DNA of 64,000 nucleotides from Octopus sinensis (taxonomy: Eukaryota), in contig NC_042999.1 of the NCBI RefSeq assembly GCF_006345805.1, positions 38,440,001 to 38,504,000 on the forward strand, read 5' to 3'. Position 1 is the first letter of the stretch. Every line of letters begins with the position of its first letter. Under the pieces are notes generated by a model, which worked only from the letters and a program-made list of their open reading frames with translations, was not told the origin of the DNA and ran no database searches. A program made the translations under genes and the position numbers. Positions 50,401-62,385 of the stretch are shown here, piece by piece.

Positions 50401-51870
50401 TTTATATAATAATGATTATAATAATAACCACAGTACCAGTTACATTGATCCGTTTCACTGTATCTCAAAGCCCACAATAAGGGTGAACGAACTAATCGAT
50501 TAGATGGAGCCTAGTGCTTGACTGTGCTTGCATCATCTGTTCTGAAAAACTGAACAGCACTGTTGACCTCGGCGCCATTTGAACTCAGAACGTAAAGAGT
50601 CCGAAGAAGTGGCTCTCAACATTTCCCTTACACTTGAAAGGATCTGACAGTCGGATGATGATGATTTTGATGATGATGCTGATGATGATGATGATGATGA
50701 TGATGATGACGACGAGGATGATGATGACGAGGATGATGATGATAATTTTGATGATGATGATGATGATTTTGATGATGATGATGATGATGACGATGCTAAG
50801 AATACTACAAACGAATTTTTGTTTTTTAAAGTTTTGAGAAACTTTTGCATTTGAATCATCAACAAAGAATTTGGCGGAAATTCATACTGATGGAATATTA
50901 TTTGATTTCTTTGATGTTGGAAATCATGTACAAGCCTAACCAAACATCATGGAAGAAAAAAACACTTGTGTAATATCATTAATTATTTAGTTACCTTGTA
51001 TTTGTTTTAAATGTGTGTTTTATTGAATTTGTCACAGATGTTTTTGAAGATCATATCTCAGAAAGTGTGAAACAGATTTGAAGTTCTTTCTGAATTATTT
51101 TAGCTTCCTTCACTTAGTAATTTCTTTAATAACATTTCCTATATTCCACTAACACGATTTATATATTAAAAGTTACAATGTTTATTTATTAGATTTCAGT
51201 TTCTCTCACGCCTCCCCAACTTCTTTTTGACAGCGTGTATCATCGATACCTCTGAACCTTTGTTATTCTTTTCTTTCTTGTTTACTTTATGTATTTTAAA
51301 ATGTTTCATTTTGTTTAAATGTTTTGCATATGAAAGTGTTTATGACTACTAAATATGCTCTCTGTTGTTGAGTGTCTCTGCTTTTCTCTCTCTCCCTTTC
51401 CCCTCATTCTCTGTGTATGTGTACCTGCTTGTGTGTTCGTGTGTTTATGTCTATGCATGTATCTGTGTCGCTAGATATGAATTTTCGAAGTTACCTTCAA
51501 TAAAATTACAAGTAATATTTAATACTAGCCGGTGCTGTGCCGTCAAAATGACGGGTAATTGTAGTATTTTATATATAAACAAAGCACTCAGAGAGAGCAA
51601 ACCTCCGTCAAGACAACACCAATATCCTTATTTCTTAGAGAATGGACAACACAAAAACAGACAAAACAATAAAATGGGATACATAAACACATATCGAATG
51701 AATTAGGATATAAGGAAAAATGCGGCTGGAATGGCTTACCTACTCTCCATAAGCAGGCAGTTTTCATTTTACTGTTTTTAAATGTACAGTTCAATATCAG
51801 TCTTGTATTTATTGGTTTATAACATATACTCTATTAACTCTTCGAAGGCCACTACAGGCAGCAATTTGTC

Positions 51871-52927
51871 CTAACAAACCTGTATCGCTATCATCTCTAT
51901 TCTTTCACCAAACAACTCCTTCAATCTATCTCCTCTTTCTTTTTCAAGCAAAACAGCTTTCAAACCTTCATTATTCTTTTTGGTCGTTAATTTCACTCTG
52001 ATAACGTTCTTCATCTTCGCAATCTTTTTCTCTATCTCTATACTTTTTGGTAGTGAATCTGTATTACTCTTCTTCCTTTTTACCACTGTATTTTGCTTTT
52101 CCATTTTCGCCTCCTCTAAGGTTGTACCCTCTTCTTCCTGATGTTCCTTCTCTGTTTCCTCCTCTTCGTGTTTCTGGGGACACTTAGCTTTCATGTGTCC
52201 CCTTACTCCACATAGAAAACATACAGGCGGTCTTCGTTTCACCACTATTCTTAACCTTGTTTCGTCTGGCAGTACCAGTTCTTCCGCAATCTTGTGGAGG
52301 TCTGGCAAGCTTATATGGACCAATAGCTCTAGTCCATACATCCACCAGTTCACCTCCGTAGTTCTCGATATTTTCAATATTTCAGTGACCTCCGTGTTGA
52401 AGAGGATGTCTGCCACCAGCCACGCCTCATCAATTTCTGGGCGAACTCTACCTATTCTTACTCTGGCTGCACGTTTGCCACCGTAAGTCGGTAATAGTCC
52501 CCGCTCCGCTGATCTCAAAAGCACAGTGGAGTATTTTCTCGCTTCTTCTTCACTCCCAAAGCGTACCTCCACTGTACCGTATTTCCTTCTTCTAGCGTAG
52601 GACGTCGTTACGTTCTTAATTTCTCTGAGGTACTCCTAAACCGCCTCCACCACTGCTATTTCCTCCGTTTTCGTTGCAATATTCAACGTTCTGCATACAA
52701 TTGTTTTCTCCTCCGTTTTTTTCTGTCACTTCTTTGGGAGGCGTCAACCACAGGCTATCTCCCTCCTTTCTCAATAAATCATCATATTTCTTGAAGATTT
52801 TCTTCTTCACTTTAATTTCTCTAACTTGCTGTACCTCTGTTGACAGGCTTTTGCCAGTCATCGCAGCATAACTGCCCGCTTGCACTGGTGCACCTTCCAT
52901 CACAATATTTTTCATAACTTCACTCAT
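51871..52927 (-). pseudogene. L1/Tx1-type ORF1 (gag-like zinc knuckle), frameshifted near 52620; no ORF2 downstream
   Basis: GTVEVRFGSEEEARKYS..RVRIGRVRPEIDEAWLV..PPVCFLCGVRGHMKAKC (CX2CX4HX4C); upstream piece 52616-52927 is in another frame. Confidence 0.7.
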
Positions 52928-53244
52928 AAATGGGGAAGAAAATTTTAAAAAACAGTAACAAGTTCAACAATTTCAGGTAACAACAATCCAACAATTCAAA
53001 AAATATCAGTTTAACAAAAACAGTTCTCACATGGAGCGTATACACTTCAAACTCAGCTGACTCAAACACAACACTAACGACAATACCAACGTCCTCCCAA
53101 CGATTAACCAGAGATAATTTTTAAAATGAGAATATCTGAAATAAACTCGACTGCTCTCACAAACGAGAATACTAAAAATAAACCTGACCGCAATCAAAAA
53201 TTAAGTAAAAAAGAAAAAGAAAAGACAGCAAAAATAATACAGAA

Positions 53245-53430
53245 TCCTTGTCCGGTACCGGATCGATCCTAAAATCTAATCAGTTCATGCCAGGCACGAG
53301 GCCAAATATCCGTGGAAGTTTCAACCGAATCCATCAGCGGTTCTTGAGATATCTTGTCCACGGTCAAACAAACAAACAAACAAACACGGCAGAAAACAAT
53401 GCATCCGCCTTCGCTAAAGTGGAGGTAGTA
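53245..53430 (+). mobile_element. Helentron/DINE-1-like non-autonomous 3' fragment
   Basis: (CAAA)n followed by terminal hairpin tccgcctt(cgct)aaagtggagg and tagt. Confidence 0.45.
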
Positions 53431-53719
53431 ATCTACATTATAAACACACATACAAACATTCATATACTTCCCTTGTACACGCACACACATACACACATAT
53501 ATTCACAGAAGCTTGAAATGCTGTTTGAATTTTTTCACCCATTCCCTTTATCATCTTATCCTTTCTCAATCATAGACACGAAATGAGAAAGACACGAATA
53601 TTATTATAGTAGACACTACTTTAGTTTTGAGTATCTTTTCAGTTAATTTTCGCAATTTACTCATATTTTTCACATTTCATAATTACAAAGGCATCTTCTC
53701 ACTATATAACTATATATAT

Positions 53720-53920
<201 letters not shown>

Positions 53921-53925
53921 TATAC

Positions 53926-53983
<58 letters not shown>

Positions 53984-54651
53984 ATAAAAAATACAAACTG
54001 GGACAAGAACGCAAAACATTTAGAAGACGATACAAAAAATACACACTCATATATATATATATATAAGGGGTTGCATGGTGTTTGAGATATGTGTGTATAT
54101 AAAATACCAAATACAAAACTAGAGTCTATAATGATTTTCTTCCTACCTGGTAGCTTATCTTTCTGCTGAACTCTTAATTACATCTCTTTCCATCAACCTT
54201 TCCTCTTATCTCTATCATCGATTGACGACGTTTTCTCAATTATATCTTCCATTCGTTATATTATCCCCATTAAGCATTTATCTTCTTATCTTATATCCTG
54301 TATTTCTCCATTTCGAGGACTTTATATTTTGTAATGATAAATGATCGCATTGTAACGAAATTTGTGTACAGTTAAATAATTTCAATTATAACCCCAAAAG
54401 TTTCAACAGGCGCACAAAATGCATTCCATTGATGTGATTTTCGAAGAATCTTTGTACATACTTGAATACTTTAGTTCATTCATATCTAAGTGAATAAGCG
54501 CATAGATTTAATCGATACGTTTATATTGTTAAATACGTGTGTGGGGGGGGGGGCATTATTAATACTTCTTACCAATAAGCTGCCATGAAAGTGTTCCTCA
54601 GTTCATTTTCCTGTAGTAATTTGATAGTGAACAAAGTTCCTTTCTTCAAAT

Positions 54652-55732
54652 CGATACCAACATGTTCTCGAACTAGTTATGTTAAATAAAACAAACAAAA
54701 AAACTCATTTACCTACGGTTGAACATCATCTCCTTCGAAAAACTCACCTTGCACAGTAATACACCGCTCCAAGCGTTCCTACCACATATGGAATTGGGCC
54801 TGGAAGTCGTTTTCTGCGGTTCGCTCTTGATCTCGACAACGGTGTTAAAATGGCTACGTTTGAGCTGCATTTCCATCATGAGGAAGAAATGAAAATCCAC
54901 AGGTGCTAAATATGGCGAATAGGGCGGGTACAGAAGCGATACCATGTATTGGGTTGTCCGGAAAGTTCGTGCCGATTTATAGTAGCTTACCTTTCGACTT
55001 ACGCTCCCAGGTACCACAATTCTGGGAAGAGGGTATTTTCAAGTTAAAGGAAAGATGGAGACACATTGTGCAACACAATGGTTTATATTTGGTTGATTAA
55101 AAACGTAATGGCAAGTATTTATTGACATTTTTCTTTCCTTTAAAAGTCGGCACGAACTTTCCGGACAACCCAGTATTTGGGGAGTAATGCAAGAGTATAT
55201 TGTCGTCGTGAAGAATTCAATTTTTCACGTTCCACAGATCCGGTCGCTTTTGTCAAATGTCGTCCCTCAAACGCTCCAAAACGTCGGTCGTTCATTGTCC
55301 TCTGACGATTCTCATGCACAAGCTGATGTATTTTCTCTACATTTCCGGAGTTGACACTCCTGGCAAGTCTTTCACATCTCTCATTGTATTCCAGAAACTT
55401 TATTCCGCATTTCAAGCACCAGTGCCACTCGAAACATTGCCTCGTCGCCGTAAGCTTGCCGAAGCATGTTCAATGCTTCTATAGCAGAATTCCCAAGTTT
55501 AACGGAAAATTTTACGTTGGCTTGTCGTTCCAACTTCCTGTCCATCACAAAAACCGCACACTACAGCTTAGAAATGATCACAAAAACACAAATTACACAA
55601 AGTTTTGCGATGTAAACACAGTGATGTCACTCGCGCACTGCCACACGAAGGTCACTGCTAGCTCTCACTACAGTGTGCTGCTATCTGTTGGTGCGCTACA
55701 GAACCAGCCCGGGAACTTTTGATAGCACATCG
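54652..55732 (-). mobile_element. Degenerate mariner element hosting a nested mini-mariner
   Basis: 5' TIR TA|cgatgtgctatcaaaaagttcccgg at 55732; HTH region NVKFSVKLG..AIEALNMLRQAYGDEAM; PPYSPYLAPVDF; decayed 3' TIR near 54652. Confidence 0.75.
54949..55173 (+). mobile_element. 225-bp mini-mariner (deletion derivative of the 33826 family)
   Basis: TA|ttgggttgtccggaaagttcgtgccga .. tcggcacgaactttccggacaacccag|TA. Confidence 0.9.
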
Positions 55733-55889
55733 TATCTTCAACACTGATGCTTTACAGAGTAAATAATACCACTTACGGAATAAATAATACCGTTTACAGA
55801 GTAAATAATGCTGTTTGTATGGAAAAGTATATGAATTGGTTTCATTCAACTATATCGTATACATATAGTATTTAAAAGTAGTATATACT

Positions 55890-56440
55890 TAGCAGTTCAG
55901 CAAAAGCGACCGATAGAATAAGTACTAGGCTTATAAAGAATAAATCCTGGGGTCGATTCGCTCGACTAAAGGTGGTGTTCCAGCATAGCCACAGTCAAAT
56001 TACTGAAACAAGTAAAACAGTAAAGAGCATACTTCAATTCTATGACATATTACTTCAATATTTTGAGGATTCGAAGGTGGCGAGATGGCAGAAACGTTAG
56101 CACGCCGGGCTAAATGCTAAGCGGTATTTCGTCCGCCGCTGCGTTCTGATTTTAAATTCCGCCGAGGTCGACTTAGGCTTTCATCCTTTCGGGGTCGATT
56201 AAATAAGTACCAGTTACGCACTGGAGTCGACAAAATTAACTTAATCCGTTTGTCTGTCCTTGTTTGTCCTCTCTTGTGTGTAGTAAAGAAATAAGTAGTT
56301 CGTCTGTCTTTATGTTTTGAGCTCAAATTCCGCAGATATTGACTTTGCCTTTCATCCTTTCGAGGCCGATAAATTAAGTCCTGGGGCCGATCTAAACGAC
56401 TGACCAAAAATTTCGGCCCTTGTGCCTAGAGTAGAAAAAA
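55890..56440 (+). mobile_element. SINE cluster: 3' part of a ggcgtaggag SINE, then a gagctggcagaa SINE plus a partial second unit
   Basis: Homology to 39780-39918 and 22415-22646. Confidence 0.75.
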
Positions 56441-56949
56441 ATATTTTGAAGATTCGAAATCTCGGACGCATCTCTAAGTAGTACGACACAAATACATGCA
56501 CAGAACTTCTTATCAGGGACGTTTTCAGTGCTAAATTTGTATATCAGATTATTCACTTTTACTGTTTAAACTACCGAAAATATATATGTTTTAGCAAACA
56601 AGATTTATGCTTAAAATTTCTTGATATTTATTTACATGTTTTATACTTGCTACCATGCCAGACCCTTCAAAAATGCTGGAAATGTATATAGTCGAGTAAA
56701 TAAATTTCTATGCACGCATTCTCAATATTATATTGATTTGTTACATGAAGCAAACTTGGAATTGATTAGAATTTTTCTAGAAAAGTGCATAGTTTGCTAA
56801 AGTGATAGTGTTTCTATTTAACTAGGCACTTTCCAGAAAATATTCAATCAATAAATATATAACGGATCAAATATAAGCAAAGTATATTTTATCGGACATT
56901 AACGATCGTGGAACATTTCATATATGTATGTATGTATGTATATACCTAT

Positions 56950-56983
<34 letters not shown>

Positions 56984-58484
56984 GACTCGTTATTCCGCGT
57001 TGCTCCAGTTCTCTTGGGTGTTGCGACGTGACTGGTGCCAAGCTGTATCCCTTGGATAACAACCGTGGCATGGACAGGAGAGACTGGTACGCACAGCACA
57101 GGTAATTGCTGGTCTTCCGTAAACAACATTGCTTGTGCTTTAGACTTGTGCTTTAGACTTGTGCTTTAGAGGGGAACTGTCTAGGTGCATCCCGTGACAT
57201 TAATGCCCGAATGGGGTCGTTATATATATATATATATATATATGTGTGTATATAATTGTGTGTGTATCTGCGTATGAAAGAGTGAGAACTGGTTTGAATA
57301 TCACAATATGCAACGCTGTGTGTTAATAGAAACTTATTGCAGTGAGAGTCAGGAATAAAGTTGAATAACATGAGGCGTTGCCATTAGACAATACACAAAT
57401 ATGTAAATGTGCTGTCTTTCATATTTCAAATTTTCAGGATAAAATATCTCTTGTTTCGATATCATGAGAAGAGTTCTCATTTTCATTTTAATGCCATCTC
57501 GATCTACTATCAAATAGATTATTGTTTTTTGTATCATTTTATAAGTTAGGAATCTTCATGTTATGGAGGGAGCAGGATAGGCAACCAGCGGAACTCTCTC
57601 TACTTGTGTATCATAATTTTCCCGTGAAGGAGTGTAGGATATCATATGTGGGTCCATCGGTCAGATAGTGAATTGGTCAGAGCATAAATCAGAGTGTGTA
57701 CAGCGTGGACATTGGTGGAATCGAGCGAGACTATAAACGACCTTCAAATTTAATACGAAGAATAAAGGATTTTATAAAAGAAAAAAGAGTAATCGTTAAT
57801 GAAACAATTCTTCCAACCACGTTTGCCACTGAATATATGGTTATTATAGCGTCGGTAACAAATTGCAAAGCAGTAGATGAACTGCCTGAGTTAACTTTGC
57901 TATGTGGTCATTTTGCATCTAGCCATTGCTACATATTTCATTTCATCTGTCTTTTGGAAGTTATGTCTTCCCGCAAGCCTGCTGAAGATATGATTCCAGC
58001 TCACTGGGAAGAAATGAGATGTTTTGAAGTACCTTTTTTCCGATCTCACATGCATAGCCATAAGTCCCTTGCTTCTATCACTTATTTCCAATCATTTTGC
58101 ATTATATGGATTCGTTAGAATACGTTTTGGGAGGAGGAATTCTGCGACTTCCATTCAAATATTTATCATTGAGTTTATACGCATTTTGCACATTGTTTCC
58201 GCTTACAATAATGAATTCTTGGTTGTCTGTGCTTCAAAATCCAAGCATGAGCTGAATCAAACACTTTACTATTTAAATATATAGATTATATATGAATGTA
58301 TACACACACACACACATACACATATGTACATACATGATTATATAAATATATTTATATATACATATGCATGTATATATATATATATATATATAGATATATA
58401 TATATATATAATATATATATATATATAATATATATATATATATATGTATATGTGAATATATATATATATAAAATGTGACCGCGT

Positions 58485-58680
58485 GTGTACCGTTGACGAT
58501 TTTTTTTCCTCTGTCTTTCCTTCTCTGGATCTTTCCTTTTCCTATGTTTCCGACGAAGAGCTCCGCTCGAAACGTTAAACCCTCCTTCTTCCCTTCATTC
58601 CTGAGCGTCCAATAATACTATATTTGTTCCACGTCCTCGCGTTGTTGTGTTTTCTCTTTGTGTTTTCATGTTTGGATTAA
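58485..58680 (+). mobile_element. ~200-bp non-coding HHR-bearing element between (TA)n tracts
   Basis: HHR followed by cctgagcgtccaataatact, related to the 2867 and 30639 elements. Confidence 0.6.
58546..58580 (+). ncRNA. Minimal type-I hammerhead, C4 core variant
   Basis: GUUU-CCGACGA-A-GAGC(UCC)GCUC-GAAA-CG-UU-AAAC. Confidence 0.5.
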
Positions 58681-58681
58681 C

Positions 58682-58722
<41 letters not shown>

Positions 58723-58766
58723 AAAAAATGAAGTTCGAAAATGCTGCTGTATTATACAATTTTTAA

Positions 58767-58837
58767 TTTTTATATATACATTATAACATGTTTCAGTTCC
58801 TGAAATGAACCTTATCAAAAAAAGTTATATATAAAAA
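58767..58837 (-). ncRNA. Type-I hammerhead, U3:A8 variant (inverted arm)
   Basis: UUGAUAA-GGUUC(AUUUCAG)GAACU-GAAA-CAUG-UU; stem I has mismatches proximally and an 11-bp distal helix. Confidence 0.6.
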
Positions 58838-58908
58838 GAGACAGCTCATGCCGTCAAACACAAGAAATTCATTTATAATACACAACGGAGTCAGACATCT
58901 TAGAGTTC

Positions 58909-60009
58909 ATGTATATCCATAACAACTGGAAAAGATACCTCGATGACTGTTTCATCATCTGGGACAAAGGCATAGAGAAACTTGAGGAATTTAAAATTCT
59001 ATCAAATGGAATAAATGACAATATACAATTCACGATGGACCACAACGAAAAAGAATTACCATTTTTAGACATCCTCATTAAGAAAACCGGCAACAAAATA
59101 GAGACAGATATCTACTATAAACCGACAGACTCTAAACAGTACCTACCCTTTGATTCATGCCACCCACGACACACTAGAATGAATGTCCCTTTTTGTTTAG
59201 CTAGAAGGATTTGCACCATAATATCAGACACCAACACCCGACACACACGTCTCCAGGAACTTAGAACCACACTCACAAATAGAAACTATCCACAGCCCCT
59301 AATAGACAGTGCAATCCAACGGGTACTTAAATTAAGTATAGAAGACCTGAGACAAACAAAACCAAAAAAGAAAGAACAATTAAAAACCCTTCCCTACATC
59401 TCTACACACAACCCACCCAACAATGAGGCCTTCAACACCATACTACAAAGCACAGCCCTACTAAAGGGAGACCCAAAGATGAACCGGATCCTCGAAACAC
59501 ACACCATCATTAAAAGTAAACGGCAACCAAAATCCTTGAAAAGGATTTTAACCCAAGCTACACTGCACTCAACATCAACCACAAAACCAGCAGTTAGAAA
59601 ATGTGGAAGGCCCAACTGCGGAATCTGTGTCATCTTGAAAGAAGGATCAGAATTTATACTGGAACAAGGCCACCAGTTCACCATTAGAACAAACTTCACC
59701 TGCGCATCAGAAAACTTAATTTACATCATAACATGCGCAGGCTGCAATAGGCAGTATATAGGCCATACAAATAATAGCTTACGTAACAGGATGGCGGTGC
59801 ATAAATCACAAATTAGAAACCCTGATTACCGCAAAATACCGGTCAGCGGATACATAGATAGATGTGCTGGAAATGTAAATCCGAAATTTACAACTAACCC
59901 GCTCTATAAATTCAGTGACAACGCAACCTTCACACAACGCCAAAATAAAGAACTATATTTCATAAAAAAATTTAGACCAAGTTTAAACACCCTGGGCCAG
60001 GAATACTAA
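58909..60009 (+). CDS. PLE polyprotein C-terminal part: RT catalytic motif, thumb, Zn-finger, GIY-YIG endonuclease (5'-truncated; the ATG comes from the inverted arm)
   Basis: WKRYLDDCFIIW, LPFLDILI, YYKPTDSKQYL.F.SCHP, CGRPNCGIC, NLIYIITCAGCNRQYIG, ELYFIKKFRPSLN. Confidence 0.9.
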   Translation: MYIHNNWKRYLDDCFIIWDKGIEKLEEFKILSNGINDNIQFTMDHNEKELPFLDILIKKTGNKIETDIYYKPTDSKQYLPFDSCHPRHTRMNVPFCLARRICTIISDTNTRHTRLQELRTTLTNRNYPQPLIDSAIQRVLKLSIEDLRQTKPKKKEQLKTLPYISTHNPPNNEAFNTILQSTALLKGDPKMNRILETHTIIKSKRQPKSLKRILTQATLHSTSTTKPAVRKCGRPNCGICVILKEGSEFILEQGHQFTIRTNFTCASENLIYIITCAGCNRQYIGHTNNSLRNRMAVHKSQIRNPDYRKIPVSGYIDRCAGNVNPKFTTNPLYKFSDNATFTQRQNKELYFIKKFRPSLNTLGQEY

Positions 60010-60178
60010 AACAAAAGATAAGTCCTCCGAAAAGGAGAACCAAATTTCACCACGGCCGCTACTTCAAACAGACACTCACTCTGACGGAAATATGCCTTAG
60101 TAAAAAAGGGAAAAAAATTATTTCGTGCAAATCTGACCCTGATACATACGATACAGCTAAGGGTCAGACCCGATTCTG

Positions 60179-60549
60179 ATTGGTTAACAAGTTGATGACG
60201 TCTAGCTCTGCTAGAATGGACAGGATACAAACAGGGGAAAGTCATTAGTCAGAATATTGATGACGTCCTTTTCTGCTTGAATAGTCACCTAACAAGTACA
60301 GACAGGGGGCAGATCTAATGTAGCTATAAGTCGTGATTGGGCAGAATCTGGATGACGTCCCGCTATGCTTGACTAACGAAGCGACTGGTCAAGACAGGAA
60401 ACAAACAAGAGGGAGTTATAATGCAGCGATTGGTCAAAATAATGATGACGTCCCGTTCCACTTGATTAAAGCCACCTAACGAAACGATTGGTCAAAACAT
60501 TGATGACGTCACGCTACGCTAGATTGACCACCTAACAGGCATTATAAAA
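60179..60549 (+). promoter_or_regulatory. Five (ATTGG-N12-TGACGTC) modules followed by TATAAAA
   Basis: CCAAT-box complements at 60179, 60244 (ATTAG), 60336, 60429 and 60487; CRE-like sites at 60196, 60261, 60353, 60446 and 60504; TATA at 60543-60549. Confidence 0.7.
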
Positions 60550-60872
60550 CCGAGCATTTCACAAAAACTCACTAGAACCACCCAGCGAACTTCCACCATG
60601 GGTCATCACAATTGCTTAAGGTAAAAATGAATTCCTCGCTCTTTCGGAAACATCAATCTTCTGTATTGACCGCTTTCCACCACTTTGATCTGTTTTTTGT
60701 ATTGAATACGTATCGCCACCGTGGGCCACTGCATCGAACACTTTGAACATATACTTCAAACTATATATCAACTATACATGAACTATATATCAACTATACA
60801 TGAACTCTAAGATGTCTGACTCCGTTGTGTATTATAAATGAATTTCTTGTGTTTGACGGCATGAGCTGTCTC

Positions 60873-60941
60873 TTTTTATATATAACTTTTTTTGATAAGG
60901 TTCATTTCAGGAACTGAAACGTTATAATGCATATATAAAAA
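60873..60941 (+). ncRNA. Type-I hammerhead, U3:A8 variant (3' repeat)
   Basis: As 58767-58837, but the stem-III loop is CG instead of CAUG. Confidence 0.58.
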
Positions 60942-61019
60942 TTAAAAATTGTATAATACAGCAGCATTTTCGAACTTCATTTTTTACAAATATATACCTA
61001 CTCGTATACGAGCTAATCC

Positions 61020-61071
<52 letters not shown>

Positions 61072-61256
61072 ATATATATATATATATGTTATATATATGC
61101 GGGTCTGTGTCCATATATATGTAGGTGTATGTGCAAATAAATATATAAGGCAGGTGTACATGAAGTAGGATCATTGCTAGAAATAGAAACATGTAAGTTT
61201 TTGGCCCTGTGTAGAGCTTCACTAAATATGTACAGGCAGAGATGTGTTCGGGCAAG

Positions 61257-61587
61257 GAATATAGGAAAATGCTGTCTTACCTCTACGGAGACTATTAGAG
61301 GAATAAAGGAGAACTCAATAGTTCAGTTTCAAACACTTCAGATCAGAATATCCACATCTCTGCATGTCTTTACAGTGAGCTTTGTTCTGATTATGACAGA
61401 CTATCAGCCGAGTAAACAGGCAGAGATGTAGTGCATATCTCAAAATTTGGTTATTCATGATAGACTCAGCTGACGAGAACCTATTATATTTGTGCTCACG
61501 CACGTGATCTGAAGAGTTTGAAACTGAGTTATCTTTTAATCCTCTAACGGTCTGCGTAGAGGTAAGATAGAATTTTCCTATATTCAC
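61257..61587. repeat. Old element with ~85-bp imperfect inverted repeats
   Basis: gaatataggaaaatgctgtcttacctctacg..cttcagatca versus its diverged reverse complement at ~61505-61587. Confidence 0.7.
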
Positions 61588-61765
61588 CCCCACCCCCCCG
61601 AATACATATCTGCCTTGCCTGTTAATATTCAGTGAAGCTATACATAGTACCGAAAACGATGATCGTACTTCGTGTACACCTGCTTTATATATTTATACTT
61701 CTATCTATATGGTGCTTTATTCTTGCTGGAAAATAATATTATTTTAATATTTGTATTTTCTAAGG

Positions 61766-61970
61766 TGGTGAGCTGGCAGGAACGTTAGCACACTGGGCGA
61801 AATACTTAGCGGTATTTCATCTACGTTCTGAGTTCAAATTCCACCGAGGTTGAATTTGCCTTTCATCATATCGGGGTCGATAAATTAAGTACCAGTTGCG
61901 TACTGGAAACTATCTAATCGACTAGTCCTCTTCTCCAAAATTTCGGGCCTTGTGCCTTGTGTAAAAAAGA
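61766..61970 (+). mobile_element. SINE (gagctggcagaa family)
   Basis: Homology to 22415 and 56077 copies. Confidence 0.8.
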
Positions 61971-61990
61971 ATATTTATATTTTCATTTGA

Positions 61991-62044
<54 letters not shown>

Positions 62045-62054
62045 ATATAGGAGG

Positions 62055-62105
62055 AGCTTCTACAGGGCTAGAACTGTTTCATTCAAGAGAAATCTTCAGG
62101 AAGCT
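62055..62105 (-). ncRNA. Type-I hammerhead, canonical core
   Basis: AGCUUC-CUGAAGA-UUUC(UCUU)GAAU-GAAA-CAG(UUCUAGCC)CUG-UA-GAAGCU; U.U at 10.1:11.1. Confidence 0.72.
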
Positions 62106-62385
62106 AGTTAACAAGAATTGTATTGGCATTTATACATTTAGGCAGGTTTAACGGGGTGCTGGTGGGGGACTTTTTTGGGGGGTCGGCATAGCGCAAAATA
62201 TCATACTTGGGGGAGTGGTCAAGGAGTCAGTGTTAAATTAGATAGAAGAATAAATAAAAAGATAAAAAAATAAAAAATAAAAAATAAAAAAATAAAAAAA
62301 TAAAAAAACCTATATATAAAAAGAACCTATATATAAAAAAAGGGGGAATAGAGTTTTAGGTAAATAAGGAGATTCTCACTTATAC

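Larger units (their letters stand above)
58712..60996 (+). mobile_element. Young 5'-truncated Neptune-type PLE with inverted terminal arms (58712-58915 / 60795-60996)
   Basis: Arms differ at very few positions; uninterrupted RT-GIY-YIG frame; (TA)n flanks. Confidence 0.93.

Noticed and set aside
57696-58118. 140-aa plus-strand ORF
   Set aside because: No recognisable domain or splice signals; possibly a decayed transposon remnant
61506-61533. GAU-CUGAAGA-GUUU-GAAA-C(UGA)G-UU-AUC ultra-minimal hammerhead
   Set aside because: Four bases cannot form stem II, stem I is only 3 bp, and the partner arm has A9U; kept only as a curiosity
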